Assembly (NCBI RefSeq): GCF_004321985.1
Contig: NZ_SCQN01000009.1
Coordinates: 25,033-89,032 of the forward strand
Direction: 5' to 3'
Source of the DNA: Castellaniella sp.
GTDB taxonomy: Bacteria; Pseudomonadota; Gammaproteobacteria; Burkholderiales; Burkholderiaceae_B
DNA: 64,000 nucleotides
A program made the translations under genes and the position numbers. Below the pieces are notes generated by a model. The model did no database searches, was not told the DNA's origin, and worked only from the letters and a program-made list of their open reading frames with translations. This document shows positions 39,368 to 49,207 of this stretch, in pieces (the first letter of the stretch is position 1; every line of letters starts with the position of its first letter).

Positions 39368-40327
39368 TCAGGCAGGCGCCAACAGATGATTTCGCGCCGC
39401 ATCGATCAGCAATTGCACGACGGCGGTCGTGGTCCCCGTCTTGCGCGTGACGATGCCATAGGTATCGGCGGGGATCTTCAGGTCAATGGGCAGAATGCGG
39501 ATCAGCCCGACCGACGTAAACATGTCGGCCACCTCCGTTGGCAACAACGCAGCCGTATCGACGCTGTTTCCCAGGATGGCCACCGTCACGAAGGTCGAGT
39601 CGGTCTCGATGAAATTCGCCGACAGCGACAGTCCAGCAAGATTCATTTCCTTTTCGAGCAGGATGCGCAACGGCATTCTTCGGGGATACACCACCCAACG
39701 GAAGTCGCGCAGCTGCGCGAACGACATCTCACCGGCGACTTCGGGATGCCGACTGCCGACCACGACCGAAGTCGGCTCCCCGCTCACGGGGTAGTAGCTG
39801 TATTCGTAAGGTTCGGCACTCACGCCCGGCCGACCGATCATCAGGTCGATCCGCCCGTCGTCCAGCAGTTTCAGCAGATGACTGCTGGTGCCCTCGATGA
39901 TCTCGACGGACAGATTGGGATATGCGGCGCGCAGGCTGGCCAGCGCCGACACCAGAACGCGCGGAACCGCCCCCATGATGGTCCCGATCACCAGACTGCC
40001 GCCGGCCCCCGAACGAATGTCTTGCACCTCGCGGCAGAAATAAGTGAGCTCCGACGAAATGAGGGTGGCATACCGGATGGCGCAATGCCCCATGGCATTG
40101 GGCACCAGACCGGCACGCGTCCGCTCGAACAGCGTCACACCCAGCATGCCCTCGATTTCCTGAAGGGCCTTGCTCGCGGCGGACTGGGTCATGAACATGG
40201 CGGCCGCCGCCTTGCGCAGCGACTTGTGTTCGTCCAGAGAGATCAGCAACTGCAGTTGCTTGATCCTCAGCTTGCTGACCACAGCCTTCAGCACCCGGTC
40301 CGCGTCATTCATGATTGTCATGGTCAC
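39368..40327 (-). CDS. LysR-family regulator (GbpR-like)
   Basis: KLRIKQLQLL...SLRKAA...TQSAASK HTH; similar to the 558-1541 LysR. Confidence 0.92.
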   Translation of the reverse strand: MTMTIMNDADRVLKAVVSKLRIKQLQLLISLDEHKSLRKAAAAMFMTQSAASKALQEIEGMLGVTLFERTRAGLVPNAMGHCAIRYATLISSELTYFCREVQDIRSGAGGSLVIGTIMGAVPRVLVSALASLRAAYPNLSVEIIEGTSSHLLKLLDDGRIDLMIGRPGVSAEPYEYSYYPVSGEPTSVVVGSRHPEVAGEMSFAQLRDFRWVVYPRRMPLRILLEKEMNLAGLSLSANFIETDSTFVTVAILGNSVDTAALLPTEVADMFTSVGLIRILPIDLKIPADTYGIVTRKTGTTTAVVQLLIDAARNHLLAPA

Positions 40328-40402
40328 ATGAAGAGATTCGATCGGTACCGGTGAGTGTACGACAGGCGCCGCGCGCGGCGGCGACCCGCCGGAAAGGCGC
40401 TC

Positions 40403-41221
40403 TCAGGCTACCGTGCGATAGGCGGCGGGTACCCGGGCGATCCGCCGAGAGATGGCGTCGCAGGCGGCACGCAACGGCGCCACATAGGCCTGCTGCGGAT
40501 CCGGGCGCTGGCGGAAGCGCAGGGTGCTGACGCTGACCGCCGCCACCGGCCGGCCGCTGGCGTCCACGATGGCGGCCCCGAAGCAGAAGATCCCCTCTTC
40601 GTTTTCCTCTTCGTCCTGGGCCCAGCCGCGCGCCCGGATGCCGCGCAGCTGCTCGCGCAGCGCCTCGGCTGAGTCCACGGTATTGGCGGTATATCGGGGA
40701 AACTCCAGGCGCTGCAGGATCTGTTCGCAGGTCGTCTCGTCCAGCGTCGCCAGATAGGCCTTGCCGACTGCGGACGAATGCATGGACACGCTCGAACCGA
40801 CGCGCGAAGCCATGCGGACTGCACTGGGGCTTTCGAGCTTCTCGATATAGACCATCTTTCGATCGTCGGGCACGGCCAGATGGACCGTCTCGCCCGTCGC
40901 GTCCCGCAGCGCCGCCAGATCCACGACGGCCAGGCGCCGCAGTTCGGACTGTTCCCAGCTGCGGCTGGCGAATTCGATCAAGCGCGGCCCCAGCACATAG
41001 GTCTTGTCGGCAAGGCTTGCCGCCAGCAGGCGTTCGGCCACCAGGCCGGCCACCGTGCGATAGACCGTCGCGCGCGGGTAGCCGCTCAGGCGCACGAGTT
41101 CGGTAACCGAGCAGGGGCGGTCGCTTTCGGCGACCAGCTGCAGCAGATGAACGAACTTGGAGAACGCCGCCGTTCCGGCCGGCCGGGTGCGCAACGAAGG
41201 ACCGCGATCAGGAAGTGTCAT
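40403..41221 (-). CDS. IclR-family regulator
   Basis: HTH YPRATVYR, GETVHL, HSSAVGKA, GWAQDEEE. Confidence 0.93.
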   Translation of the reverse strand: MTLPDRGPSLRTRPAGTAAFSKFVHLLQLVAESDRPCSVTELVRLSGYPRATVYRTVAGLVAERLLAASLADKTYVLGPRLIEFASRSWEQSELRRLAVVDLAALRDATGETVHLAVPDDRKMVYIEKLESPSAVRMASRVGSSVSMHSSAVGKAYLATLDETTCEQILQRLEFPRYTANTVDSAEALREQLRGIRARGWAQDEEENEEGIFCFGAAIVDASGRPVAAVSVSTLRFRQRPDPQQAYVAPLRAACDAISRRIARVPAAYRTVA

Positions 41222-41233
41222 GGCAAGCAGCCC

Positions 41234-41953
41234 TCAAGCGACCAAGTATCCACCGTCCACCGGAAGAATGACCCCTGTCATGAAAGCCGCGGCTGGGGCG
41301 CACAGGAAGGCCACGCACCCGGCCACATCTTCAGGAGTCCCCCAGCGGCCCAGCGGCGTGCGGGAAAGAATCGGTTCCGATCGGACAGGGTCGTCCTGCA
41401 ATGGCTGGGTCAGCGGCGTCGCGATCCAGCCCGGGGCCACCGCATTGACGCGGATGCCGTCCTCTGCATAAGCCAGCGCCAGGGACTTGGTGAGTTGCGC
41501 CACGCCACCTTTGCTCGCTGCGTAGCCGGGCACCCTCGCACCGCCAAAGAAGCTCAGCATCGAAGCCATGTTCACGATCACACCGTGCGAGGCCTTGAGC
41601 AAGGCGCGTGAAGCACTGCACAGGCGCATGGTGCCAGTCAGGTTGACCGCCAGCACCTTCTCGAACACATCCACCCGATGCTCGGCACCTCTGCGAATGA
41701 TGCCGGCACAGTTGACCAGGATGTCCAGGGAATCGATCTGCTCGAACAGGTTTCGCGTGGACGCCTCGTCGCTGATATCCGCCACCACCACGCGAATTCC
41801 CGGTGCCAGGGAGCCGTCGCCGGCATCCAGCCCCACAGCCGTGACACGGGCGCCAAGCGAAGCGAGGCAATTCGCCACGCCCGCCCCGATCCCCTGGGTC
41901 GCGCCGGTCACCAGCGCATGCTTACCCGAAAACAGATTTTCTTGAAACGTCAT
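41234..41953 (-). CDS. SDR oxidoreductase (KduD-like)
   Basis: TGATQGIG, NCAG, YAASKGGV..LTKSLA, APGWIAT. Confidence 0.88.
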   Translation of the reverse strand: MTFQENLFSGKHALVTGATQGIGAGVANCLASLGARVTAVGLDAGDGSLAPGIRVVVADISDEASTRNLFEQIDSLDILVNCAGIIRRGAEHRVDVFEKVLAVNLTGTMRLCSASRALLKASHGVIVNMASMLSFFGGARVPGYAASKGGVAQLTKSLALAYAEDGIRVNAVAPGWIATPLTQPLQDDPVRSEPILSRTPLGRWGTPEDVAGCVAFLCAPAAAFMTGVILPVDGGYLVA

Positions 41954-41986
41954 CTTTTCCCATTGGGGCCAGGGAGCCCCAACACC

Positions 41987-43039
41987 TCAATCTCCGGGAA
42001 ATTCGAGCCCGTACTCGTGTGCGCAGGCGTCCAGCATCGGTGCGATCGACGGATGCAGCAGAACTCCGTCACGCTCCTGTTCCCGTTTGCGCGCGACACC
42101 ACGGTCCCCGGGCATGCGCACTGGCGCACCGCCCGGCCGGGGAGGATTCGCCCGACAGGCATCTCCCAGCCAGTCGGTCTGGCGCGTGAAGCCCGCCAGC
42201 CCGCCGAAGGCCTCGGGATCATACAACGACAGGAATACCGTGGCACCCCAGCCCTCGGCAGGATCCGCACGGCCGTGAGCGGCCAGTCCGCCCGTCAGTG
42301 CCTCGATCAGCACCGCCAGCGCGAAGCCCTTGTGTCCGGCATCGGTCCCGCCCAGCGGCAGAATGGTCCCGGGTGGATCGGCGGCCAGCACGGCGGGATC
42401 GGTCGTCGGCTGGCCCTGGGCGTCTTGCAAGCAGGCATAGTCGAACTGCCTGCCGGCCTTGTGCATCCGGCTGCTCATGCCGTTGGTCACGAGCGAAGCC
42501 GAAATATCGATCAGGAACGGGCTTCCAGAGGTCGGGATACCCGCCGCAATCGGGTTGGGCGTGAACACGCCTCGCGTGCCGCCAAACGGCGCCACGCTAC
42601 CGTGATCAGGATCGGAGCTGGCCAGCACCATTACCAGCCCTTGCTCGGCCGCCCGCAGCAGATAGGCGGCCAGGCAAGCGATATGGTGGCTGCGGCGGAT
42701 CACCAGCGTGGCGCTGCCGTACTGCCGGGCCCTGGGTTCCAGCACCCGCATGCCCTCGCGCACCAGCCAGGGCCCTGGCAGACGCCGGCCATCCCAGCAC
42801 AGTGCTGCGCCACGATCCGAAATCACTGCGGGCGCGCCGGACGCCGTCATGCTGCCGCTGCGCAGCTCCCGGACGTAGGGAGCCAACAGCGCCAGCCCGT
42901 GCGTGTCGTGACCCAGCAGGTCGCCCTCGACCAGCACGTCGGCAACGTCGCGCGCCTTGTCTTCCTGCAGGCCGGCGGCCTGCAGCAGGCGCCCGGCGAA
43001 GCGTCTGAGGATTTCTGCCGGAATGCGTTCGGAAGCCAT
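41987..43039 (-). CDS. Ldh_2 (malate/L-lactate/ComC/YiaK-type) oxidoreductase
   Basis: GDLLGHDTHG, SHHIACL, FTPNPIA, HKGFAL, RMPG; start overlaps the upstream stop. Confidence 0.88.
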   Translation of the reverse strand: MASERIPAEILRRFAGRLLQAAGLQEDKARDVADVLVEGDLLGHDTHGLALLAPYVRELRSGSMTASGAPAVISDRGAALCWDGRRLPGPWLVREGMRVLEPRARQYGSATLVIRRSHHIACLAAYLLRAAEQGLVMVLASSDPDHGSVAPFGGTRGVFTPNPIAAGIPTSGSPFLIDISASLVTNGMSSRMHKAGRQFDYACLQDAQGQPTTDPAVLAADPPGTILPLGGTDAGHKGFALAVLIEALTGGLAAHGRADPAEGWGATVFLSLYDPEAFGGLAGFTRQTDWLGDACRANPPRPGGAPVRMPGDRGVARKREQERDGVLLHPSIAPMLDACAHEYGLEFPGD

Positions 43040-43794
43040 CAATACGTCGCCCTTCCACCCGAAATGTCGAAGGTGCCGCCTGTCGTGAACGAGCAGTCGG
43101 CGGACGCGAGCCAGGCCACCAGAGCGGCGACTTCCTCTGTCTGGCCAAACCGCCCCATGGGGATCTTGGACAACATGTAATCGATGTGCTGCTGCGTCAT
43201 CTGCGAGAACATCGCGGTGTGCACGGCCGCCGGCGTGATGCAATTGACCGTGACGCCCGTCTTTGCAAGTTCCTTGCCCAGAGACTTGGTCAGCGCGATC
43301 ACGGCGGCCTTCGAAGCACTGTACGCCGATGCGTTCGGGTTGCCTTCCTTGCCGGCGATGGACGCGATGTTGACGATGCGGCCGTATCGGCTGGACACCA
43401 TGCCCGGCGCCAGCGCGCGGCAGGTCAGGAAGGTGCCGCGCAGATTGATCGCCATCACCAAATCCCAGTCCTTGACCGAATAATCGCAGACGGTCATGTT
43501 CGGCCCGGTGATCCCGGCACTGTTGACCAGGATCTGGACGGCGCCACCGGCCTTTTCGGACTGTGCGGTGGCCGCAGCCACCGAGGTCTCGTCGCTCACG
43601 TCGACCGAGACGACGTGGACCTGTCCCGTCTTGAACCCGGCGCGCGCCTGCTCCAGCACATCCGCATTGCGGTCCCACAGGCTGACGACAGCGCCACCAT
43701 CGACCAGCTTGTGCGCAATGGCCAGCCCGATGCCGGACGCGCCCCCGGTCACGACAGCGTGCTTACCGGAAAAGTTGTACTGATTCCCTGCCAT
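43039..43794 (-). CDS. SDR, LRA5-like (2-keto-3-deoxy acid-sugar 4-dehydrogenase-like)
   Basis: TGGASGIG, SAGITG, ASIAGKEGNPNASAYSASK, SFTTGGTFDISGGRATY resembles recalled Sphingomonas LRA5. Confidence 0.8.
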   Translation of the reverse strand: MAGNQYNFSGKHAVVTGGASGIGLAIAHKLVDGGAVVSLWDRNADVLEQARAGFKTGQVHVVSVDVSDETSVAAATAQSEKAGGAVQILVNSAGITGPNMTVCDYSVKDWDLVMAINLRGTFLTCRALAPGMVSSRYGRIVNIASIAGKEGNPNASAYSASKAAVIALTKSLGKELAKTGVTVNCITPAAVHTAMFSQMTQQHIDYMLSKIPMGRFGQTEEVAALVAWLASADCSFTTGGTFDISGGRATY

Positions 43795-43862
43795 GATGAC
43801 TCCTGTCACTACACTTTGAATGATCGGTACCTACCGCACCGCAGCGGCTTGGCGCCAACTGG

Positions 43863-44621
43863 TCAGCCGCGGCCCACGAACGGCATCTTGGTCGCCATGA
43901 CGGTGTGGAACAATACGTTGGCTTCCAGTGGAAGATTGGCCATATACAGCACTGACTGTCCGACGATGTCCACGTCCATGCGCGGCTCAACCGCCAGCGT
44001 GCCATCGGCCTGGGGCACACCCTCGGCCATGCGCGCCGTCATGTTGGTGGATGCGTTCCCGATGTCGATCTGGCCCACGGCGATGTCGTATTTGCGCCCA
44101 TCCAGCGACGCCGCCCGCGTCAGGCCCGATACCCCATGCTTGGTGGCCGTATAGGGCGCCGAAAACGGACGCGGCGCATGGGCCGATATGGAACCGTTGT
44201 TGATGATGCGCCCGCCCGGCGGGTTCTTTGACTTCATGACGCGGAAGGCCTCGCGGATGCACAGGAACATGCCGGTCAGGTTGACGTCGACCACCTGCTG
44301 CCACTGCGCCAGCGTCAGGTCTTCGAGCGGCACGGCGGGTGCGCCGCGCCCCGCATTGTTGAACAGCACGTCCAGCCCGCCGAAGTGCTGGACGCAGGTC
44401 TGGAACAGGCGCGCAACCGACTGCTCGTCGGTCACATCGGTGGGCACGGCCAGCGCCCGGTTGCCAGCGCCGGATTGCGCGGCCACCTCTTCCAGCGGTT
44501 CCGGCCGGCGACCCGCAAGCACGACGCGATAACCATCCGACAACAGGGCCCGCGCGGCCGCGCGGCCGACACCGGAACCCGCCCCGGTGACAATGGCGAT
44601 TTTCGAGCTTACAGAACTCAC
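43863..44621 (-). CDS. Short-chain dehydrogenase/reductase
   Basis: [17 protein letters not shown]; GTGA overlap with tctA stop, AGGAG RBS. Confidence 0.9.
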   Translation of the reverse strand: MSSVSSKIAIVTGAGSGVGRAAARALLSDGYRVVLAGRRPEPLEEVAAQSGAGNRALAVPTDVTDEQSVARLFQTCVQHFGGLDVLFNNAGRGAPAVPLEDLTLAQWQQVVDVNLTGMFLCIREAFRVMKSKNPPGGRIINNGSISAHAPRPFSAPYTATKHGVSGLTRAASLDGRKYDIAVGQIDIGNASTNMTARMAEGVPQADGTLAVEPRMDVDIVGQSVLYMANLPLEANVLFHTVMATKMPFVGRG

Positions 44622-46108
44622 GCTGATCTCCTGGCGCGAACAAAGCGCAGAATAGTCGGTACGATCCAGATGGCCAGCGTGATGACGCCCAGCGTCCCGG
44701 CGATGGGCCGCTCAAAGAACGCGAGCAGATGCCCGTCGGCCTTGATGAGCGAGCTGACCAGATTGCTTTCCAGCATACCGCCTAGAATGATGCCCAGGAT
44801 GGTGGGTGCCAGCGGAAACCCATTTTCTTCCATCAGATACGCAATGACGCCGAAGGCCAGCGTCACACCCACATCAAACAGACTGTTGTTGATGGAATAG
44901 GATCCCACCAGGCAGAACAGCAGGATGAGCGGCATCAGGATGTTGCGGGGCACCTTCAGCACCGTGCGCGCCAGGCGGATGGCCCCATAGCCCAGCGGCA
45001 CCATCAGCAGATTGGCAAAGATGAAGATCAGGAAAATGGCGTACAGGGGGACCGCATTCTCGATGAAGATGGTGGGCCCAGGGTTGAGGTTCTTCATGTA
45101 CAGCACGCCAATGACGATAGCCGTGATGGAGTCCCCGGGGATCCCGAACACCAGCGCCGGAATCCACGCGCCGCCCAACGACGAATTGTTGGCCGAGCTG
45201 GCCTCCACGATGCCTTCGACGTAACCGGTGCCGAATTTTTCGGGTGTGCGCGAGAACTTCTTGCTGATGCCGTAAGAAATATAGGCCGCAATATCGGCGC
45301 CGGCTCCCGGCAGAGCGCCCACGACCACGCCCAGCACACTGCCGCGCACCACGGACATCGGGTACTTGATGATGACGCCGTACAGACCTTTGAAGATATG
45401 TCCGACGGTGGCGTCGATCTTCTGAAACCCATGGGCGCTGGTCACGGCATAGCGCAGGACCTCGGACACGGCGAACATCCCGACCATGATGGGAATCAGC
45501 GACAGCCCTCCCAGCAGATCCGGATTGTCAAACGTGAAGCGCGGATAACCCCCCGGGTTGTTCATGCCCACCGTGGTGGCGAACAGGCCGATCAGCAGCG
45601 ACACGAAGCCTTTCAACGGGCTTTCCGAAGCGATGAAAATGGCGCAAGTCAGACCCAGCAGCACCAGCCAGAAGTACTCGTAGGTCGAGAAGTCCAGTGC
45701 GAACTCGGCCAGAACCGGCGCAAAGAAAATCAGCACCAGAGTGCCGAACAAGCCGCCGATGCAGGACACGACCAGGCCCGCACCCAGCGCCCGTCCGGCC
45801 TCTCCCTTCATGGCCATGGCATGCGCCTCGTCGGTGTACGCGGCCGATGCAGGCGTACCGGGGATACGCAACAGGCAGCCGGGAAGGTCGCCCGAGAAAA
45901 TCGCCATCGCCGTCGCCGACACCATGGCGGCAATGGCCGGCACCGCTGGCATGAAGAATGTGACGGGGACCAGCAGGGCGACTGCCATGGTCGCGCTGAG
46001 CCCGGGTACCGCGCCGATGAACAGACCATAGATGGACGACAGCAGGACCACGACGATGACATAGGGGTCCGAAATCATGCCCAGAGCGGCAATAATGTGA
46101 TCAAGCAT
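44618..46108 (-). CDS. tctA: Tripartite tricarboxylate transporter large subunit
   Basis: [28 protein letters not shown]. Confidence 0.93.
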   Translation of the reverse strand: MLDHIIAALGMISDPYVIVVVLLSSIYGLFIGAVPGLSATMAVALLVPVTFFMPAVPAIAAMVSATAMAIFSGDLPGCLLRIPGTPASAAYTDEAHAMAMKGEAGRALGAGLVVSCIGGLFGTLVLIFFAPVLAEFALDFSTYEYFWLVLLGLTCAIFIASESPLKGFVSLLIGLFATTVGMNNPGGYPRFTFDNPDLLGGLSLIPIMVGMFAVSEVLRYAVTSAHGFQKIDATVGHIFKGLYGVIIKYPMSVVRGSVLGVVVGALPGAGADIAAYISYGISKKFSRTPEKFGTGYVEGIVEASSANNSSLGGAWIPALVFGIPGDSITAIVIGVLYMKNLNPGPTIFIENAVPLYAIFLIFIFANLLMVPLGYGAIRLARTVLKVPRNILMPLILLFCLVGSYSINNSLFDVGVTLAFGVIAYLMEENGFPLAPTILGIILGGMLESNLVSSLIKADGHLLAFFERPIAGTLGVITLAIWIVPTILRFVRARRSA

Positions 46109-46125
46109 GGATCAGTCTCCGGCGG

Positions 46126-46596
46126 TCAGAGAAGTGGCTCGAGCAGGCCCCAGGACAGCGGCACATGCAGCAGGGAATAAAAACCATAGAAAATGATGAC
46201 GCCGCCCAGTGCAGCGATCACCACGGCCGGCACCGGCCGCACCCCGAACGCCAGGAACAGCACCAGCAAGAAGAAAACCGAGAAAACGACGAAGCCGATG
46301 CTGTCCGAGAACAGCATGTACATCACGATCATGATCGGCACCAGCAGGAACCGGAACACGCTGTGTGAACTGCGGAATTCGTTCGACAGCCGCAGCCATG
46401 CCGCGCGCGGCTGCGCCCTCAGGCCGTTGCGGATCAGAAAGAGGGAACAGATGATGAAGCCTGCGCCAATGACGCTGGGAAAGGCACGCGGTCCGAAATC
46501 CTGGCCCGGAATGACGGGAAAGGTCTGCGAATACAGTACGACGGCGATCCCGAAAATGGCCAGCAGGACCCCCGTTAAAACGTCACTGACTTTCAT
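46126..46596 (-). CDS. tctB: Tripartite tricarboxylate transporter small subunit
   Basis: 4-TM, GPRAFP, LHVPLSWG; located between tctC and tctA. Confidence 0.88.
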   Translation of the reverse strand: MKVSDVLTGVLLAIFGIAVVLYSQTFPVIPGQDFGPRAFPSVIGAGFIICSLFLIRNGLRAQPRAAWLRLSNEFRSSHSVFRFLLVPIMIVMYMLFSDSIGFVVFSVFFLLVLFLAFGVRPVPAVVIAALGGVIIFYGFYSLLHVPLSWGLLEPLL

Positions 46597-46617
46597 GCGA
46601 ATAATCCTTGGTTCAGT

Positions 46618-46642
46618 CCGGGCGGGTACGCGACCCGCCCGG
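46618..46642 (-). other. Perfect 10-bp intercistronic stem-loop after tctC
   Basis: CCGGGCGGGT-acgcg-ACCCGCCCGG. Confidence 0.7.
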
Positions 46643-46702
46643 CGTCACCCGGCGGCACACCTCGAAGCGCACGGGCGCCGGGCAGCCGCCAGGTCCGGAA
46701 GA

Positions 46703-47674
46703 TCAGTCCTTGGCCAGACCCAGGGTCTTCATGATCTTGCCCATGTCCGCATCGCTTTTGGCCATGAAGTCAGCGAAGTCCTTGCCGCTGGCGTAGGCAA
46801 TGCCATACCCCTGCTTGGTCATGAAGTCCTTGTATTCCTGGCTGTGATTGATCTTGTCCAGAACCTTTTCGTATTTGGCCGCAATGTCGGCCGGCAGCCC
46901 CTTCGGAGCCACGATCCCGCGCCACGCGCCCATGGTCCAGTCGGAACCTGTCACCGATTTGAGCGTGGGCACATTCGGATACAGACCCGCCGGCTTGTCG
47001 GCCATGACCGCCAGAGGCTTGGCCTTGCCCGCATCGATCAACGAACGAGCCTCGGGCAGAGACACCGGAACCACGTCCACCCCACCCGCCACGAGCTCGA
47101 GCATGGCCGGCGCCGCCCCGTTCGAAGGCACCCAGCGGATGGCATCCGGCTTGATTTTCAGGCTGTTCAGCATGCCGGCCAGCGCGAGCTGCCAGATACC
47201 GCCTTCACCGGTCCCCGAAGCCTTCAGCTTGCCGGGGTTCGCCTTGGCGGCATCCAGCAGGTCCTGCAGCTTCTTGTACTTGGAGTTGGCGCCCACCGTC
47301 ACGCCCGAGGGATCGAAATTCATGAGTGCCAGCGGCGTGTAATCGCTGGGGGTCAGCTTGGTCAGCGCCATGTGGTGCTGCATGGAGATCTCGACCGAGA
47401 TCAGGCCGATGGTGTAGCCATCCGGCTTCGCGCCGGCCATGGCCTGATTGCCCACCACCCCATTGCCCCCCGGACGGTTGACCACGTTGACCGGCGTGCC
47501 CAGTTCCTTTTCCATTAGGCTGCCGATGATGCGCGCCGTGGCGTCCGTGCCGCCGCCCGGCGACCACGACAGCAACAACGTGATGGGCCGATTGGGCCAG
47601 GCCGCGCTGGCTGTCGCCGATACCATGGCCAGCACCGCGACCGCCGCCATTTTCGTCAAAGTGAATCGTTTCAT
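46703..47674 (-). CDS. tctC: Tripartite tricarboxylate transporter substrate-binding protein (Bug family)
   Basis: WPNRPITLLL..PGGGTD..AR, VNRPGGNG, PNVPTL; start MKRFTL with GGAG. Confidence 0.93.
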   Translation of the reverse strand: MKRFTLTKMAAVAVLAMVSATASAAWPNRPITLLLSWSPGGGTDATARIIGSLMEKELGTPVNVVNRPGGNGVVGNQAMAGAKPDGYTIGLISVEISMQHHMALTKLTPSDYTPLALMNFDPSGVTVGANSKYKKLQDLLDAAKANPGKLKASGTGEGGIWQLALAGMLNSLKIKPDAIRWVPSNGAAPAMLELVAGGVDVVPVSLPEARSLIDAGKAKPLAVMADKPAGLYPNVPTLKSVTGSDWTMGAWRGIVAPKGLPADIAAKYEKVLDKINHSQEYKDFMTKQGYGIAYASGKDFADFMAKSDADMGKIMKTLGLAKD

Positions 47675-47750
47675 TTGCTCCTCTCCCTTTTGTTGGTCAT
47701 GAATAAAACACACTACTGACTACCAACTGCCGTCTGCCACACAACCACGC

Positions 47751-48488
47751 TCAATAGGTCGCGCGCCCGCCGGACAGATCAAAGACTGCACCCGTGCTGA
47801 ATGTGCAGGAATCCGAACACAGCCAGGCGACCAGTTCGGCCACCTCCTGGGGTTCACCCAGCCGCTTCATGGGGCTTTTGTCTATCATGGTCTGTACGTG
47901 CTGGGGCGTCATCTGATCCAGCAGCGACGTCCGGACCGCGGCGGGAGCAATCGCATTGACCAGGATTCCGGTTTCGGCGAGCTCCTTCCCCAGTGATTTG
48001 GTGAGAGCAATGACGCCGGCCTTTGACGCGCTGTAGGCCGACGAATTGGGGGTCCCTTCCTTTCCCGCCAGCGAAGCAATGTTCACGATCCTGCCCGATT
48101 CTGCCCGGCGCATGAGAGGCACCACGGTATGGCAGACATGGAACACGCCCAGCAGGTTGACCGAAATGATTCGCGCCCACTCTGTCGGGTCGAACGCTTC
48201 CAGCGAAACCGTGGAGCCCGAAAACCCCGCATTGTTGACCACAAAGTCCAACCGGCCATGGCGGTCCTGGACGGCCTGGGCCGCCCGCTCCACGGCCGAT
48301 CGATCAGACACATCGACCTGGGTAGCCTCGGGGTCGGACGGGTCAACCGCCAGATCCCAATTGCAAACAGTAGCGCCCGCCTGTTGCAGCCGCGTGCGGA
48401 TCGCCGCACCGATACCCGCGTTCGCACCCGTGACGACGGCCACCCGATCGGAAAAGTCGTAGACGGCCGTTCGGGGCGAGCGGGTCAT
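47751..48488 (-). CDS. SDR, LRA5-like (second paralog)
   Basis: TGANAGIG, NNAG, ASLAGKEGTPNSSAYSASK, FSTGAVFDLSGGRATY. Confidence 0.8.
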   Translation of the reverse strand: MTRSPRTAVYDFSDRVAVVTGANAGIGAAIRTRLQQAGATVCNWDLAVDPSDPEATQVDVSDRSAVERAAQAVQDRHGRLDFVVNNAGFSGSTVSLEAFDPTEWARIISVNLLGVFHVCHTVVPLMRRAESGRIVNIASLAGKEGTPNSSAYSASKAGVIALTKSLGKELAETGILVNAIAPAAVRTSLLDQMTPQHVQTMIDKSPMKRLGEPQEVAELVAWLCSDSCTFSTGAVFDLSGGRATY

Positions 48489-49018
48489 CGGATGAACTGA
48501 TCCACGTAGGTTTCGCCCAGACCGACCTCGGTGTAATGCGCCCTGCACATGGCGATCTTGGTGAAAACGTCCTCATAGCCGATGTTCTTGCCATATGGAT
48601 CGGTGTAGTACATGACGCCATTGACCTGGAAGAACGTAATCATTTCTTCGACGTCCGGCGGCACATACAGGGTGTGCGTCTCGCCAGGCGGTTCGAACAC
48701 ATAGCTGCCTTCGGCGGCCTCCCAGTCGTGTTCGAGATAGCGCCAGCGGCCCTTCAGCACGAAGCCATGGACGGGCTGCGGATGCCGGTGGCAGGCCAGC
48801 ACCCCCGAACGCCGAACCCGCAGCAAGTTGGTCCAATAGCCCTGGCCCGCATTGAGACACAACGGGCGGAACCAGACATTTTCGGCTTGAGGAACCCAGA
48901 TGCGCTCATCCGTCGGAATGGCATCGCCCACCACGATATCCGCCAACGCCTCACGTGGATTGACCCCCTGAAAAGGCAAGGGTTTCAACCCCGGGTCGAC
49001 AGACGATTTCTGGCCCAT
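48485..49018 (-). CDS. Cupin dioxygenase, 2,4'-dihydroxyacetophenone dioxygenase (DAD)/ChrR-like family
   Basis: DERIWVP, WFRPL, CHRHPQPVHGFVLKGRWRYLEH, EPPGETHTL (HxH...H triad). Confidence 0.85.
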   Translation of the reverse strand: MGQKSSVDPGLKPLPFQGVNPREALADIVVGDAIPTDERIWVPQAENVWFRPLCLNAGQGYWTNLLRVRRSGVLACHRHPQPVHGFVLKGRWRYLEHDWEAAEGSYVFEPPGETHTLYVPPDVEEMITFFQVNGVMYYTDPYGKNIGYEDVFTKIAMCRAHYTEVGLGETYVDQFIR

Positions 49019-49045
49019 TGGATGCTCCACAATGTGAACATATGA

Positions 49046-49058
49046 TCTACCATGTAGA
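49046..49058. promoter_or_regulatory. Candidate operator palindrome TCTAC-cat-GTAGA in AT-rich divergent promoter region
   Basis: 5-bp arms, 3-nt spacer, 28 nt upstream of the cupin ATG. Confidence 0.4.
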
Positions 49059-49207
49059 AAATGTTAAAAAGGAAGAGACCTTTCGGCTACTAGGGATTTC
49101 ACGAACGGCGCATCGCTCCGGCAGCACGGCCACGGCCGCGACACGACCACAACGATGTGCCAAGCCACAGAGCCGGACGGATCCGCCACCAGAGGACGGG
49201 AGACATC

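Noticed and set aside
43040-43678. Extended 563-aa version of the Ldh_2 ORF
   Set aside because: Alternate frame over the LRA5-like SDR; homology begins at MASERIP, which overlaps the SDR stop
49140-49170. TGGCAC on the minus strand suggesting a sigma54 promoter (also TGGCAC at 3822 and 59272)
   Set aside because: The GG-N10-GC spacing is not met at any site
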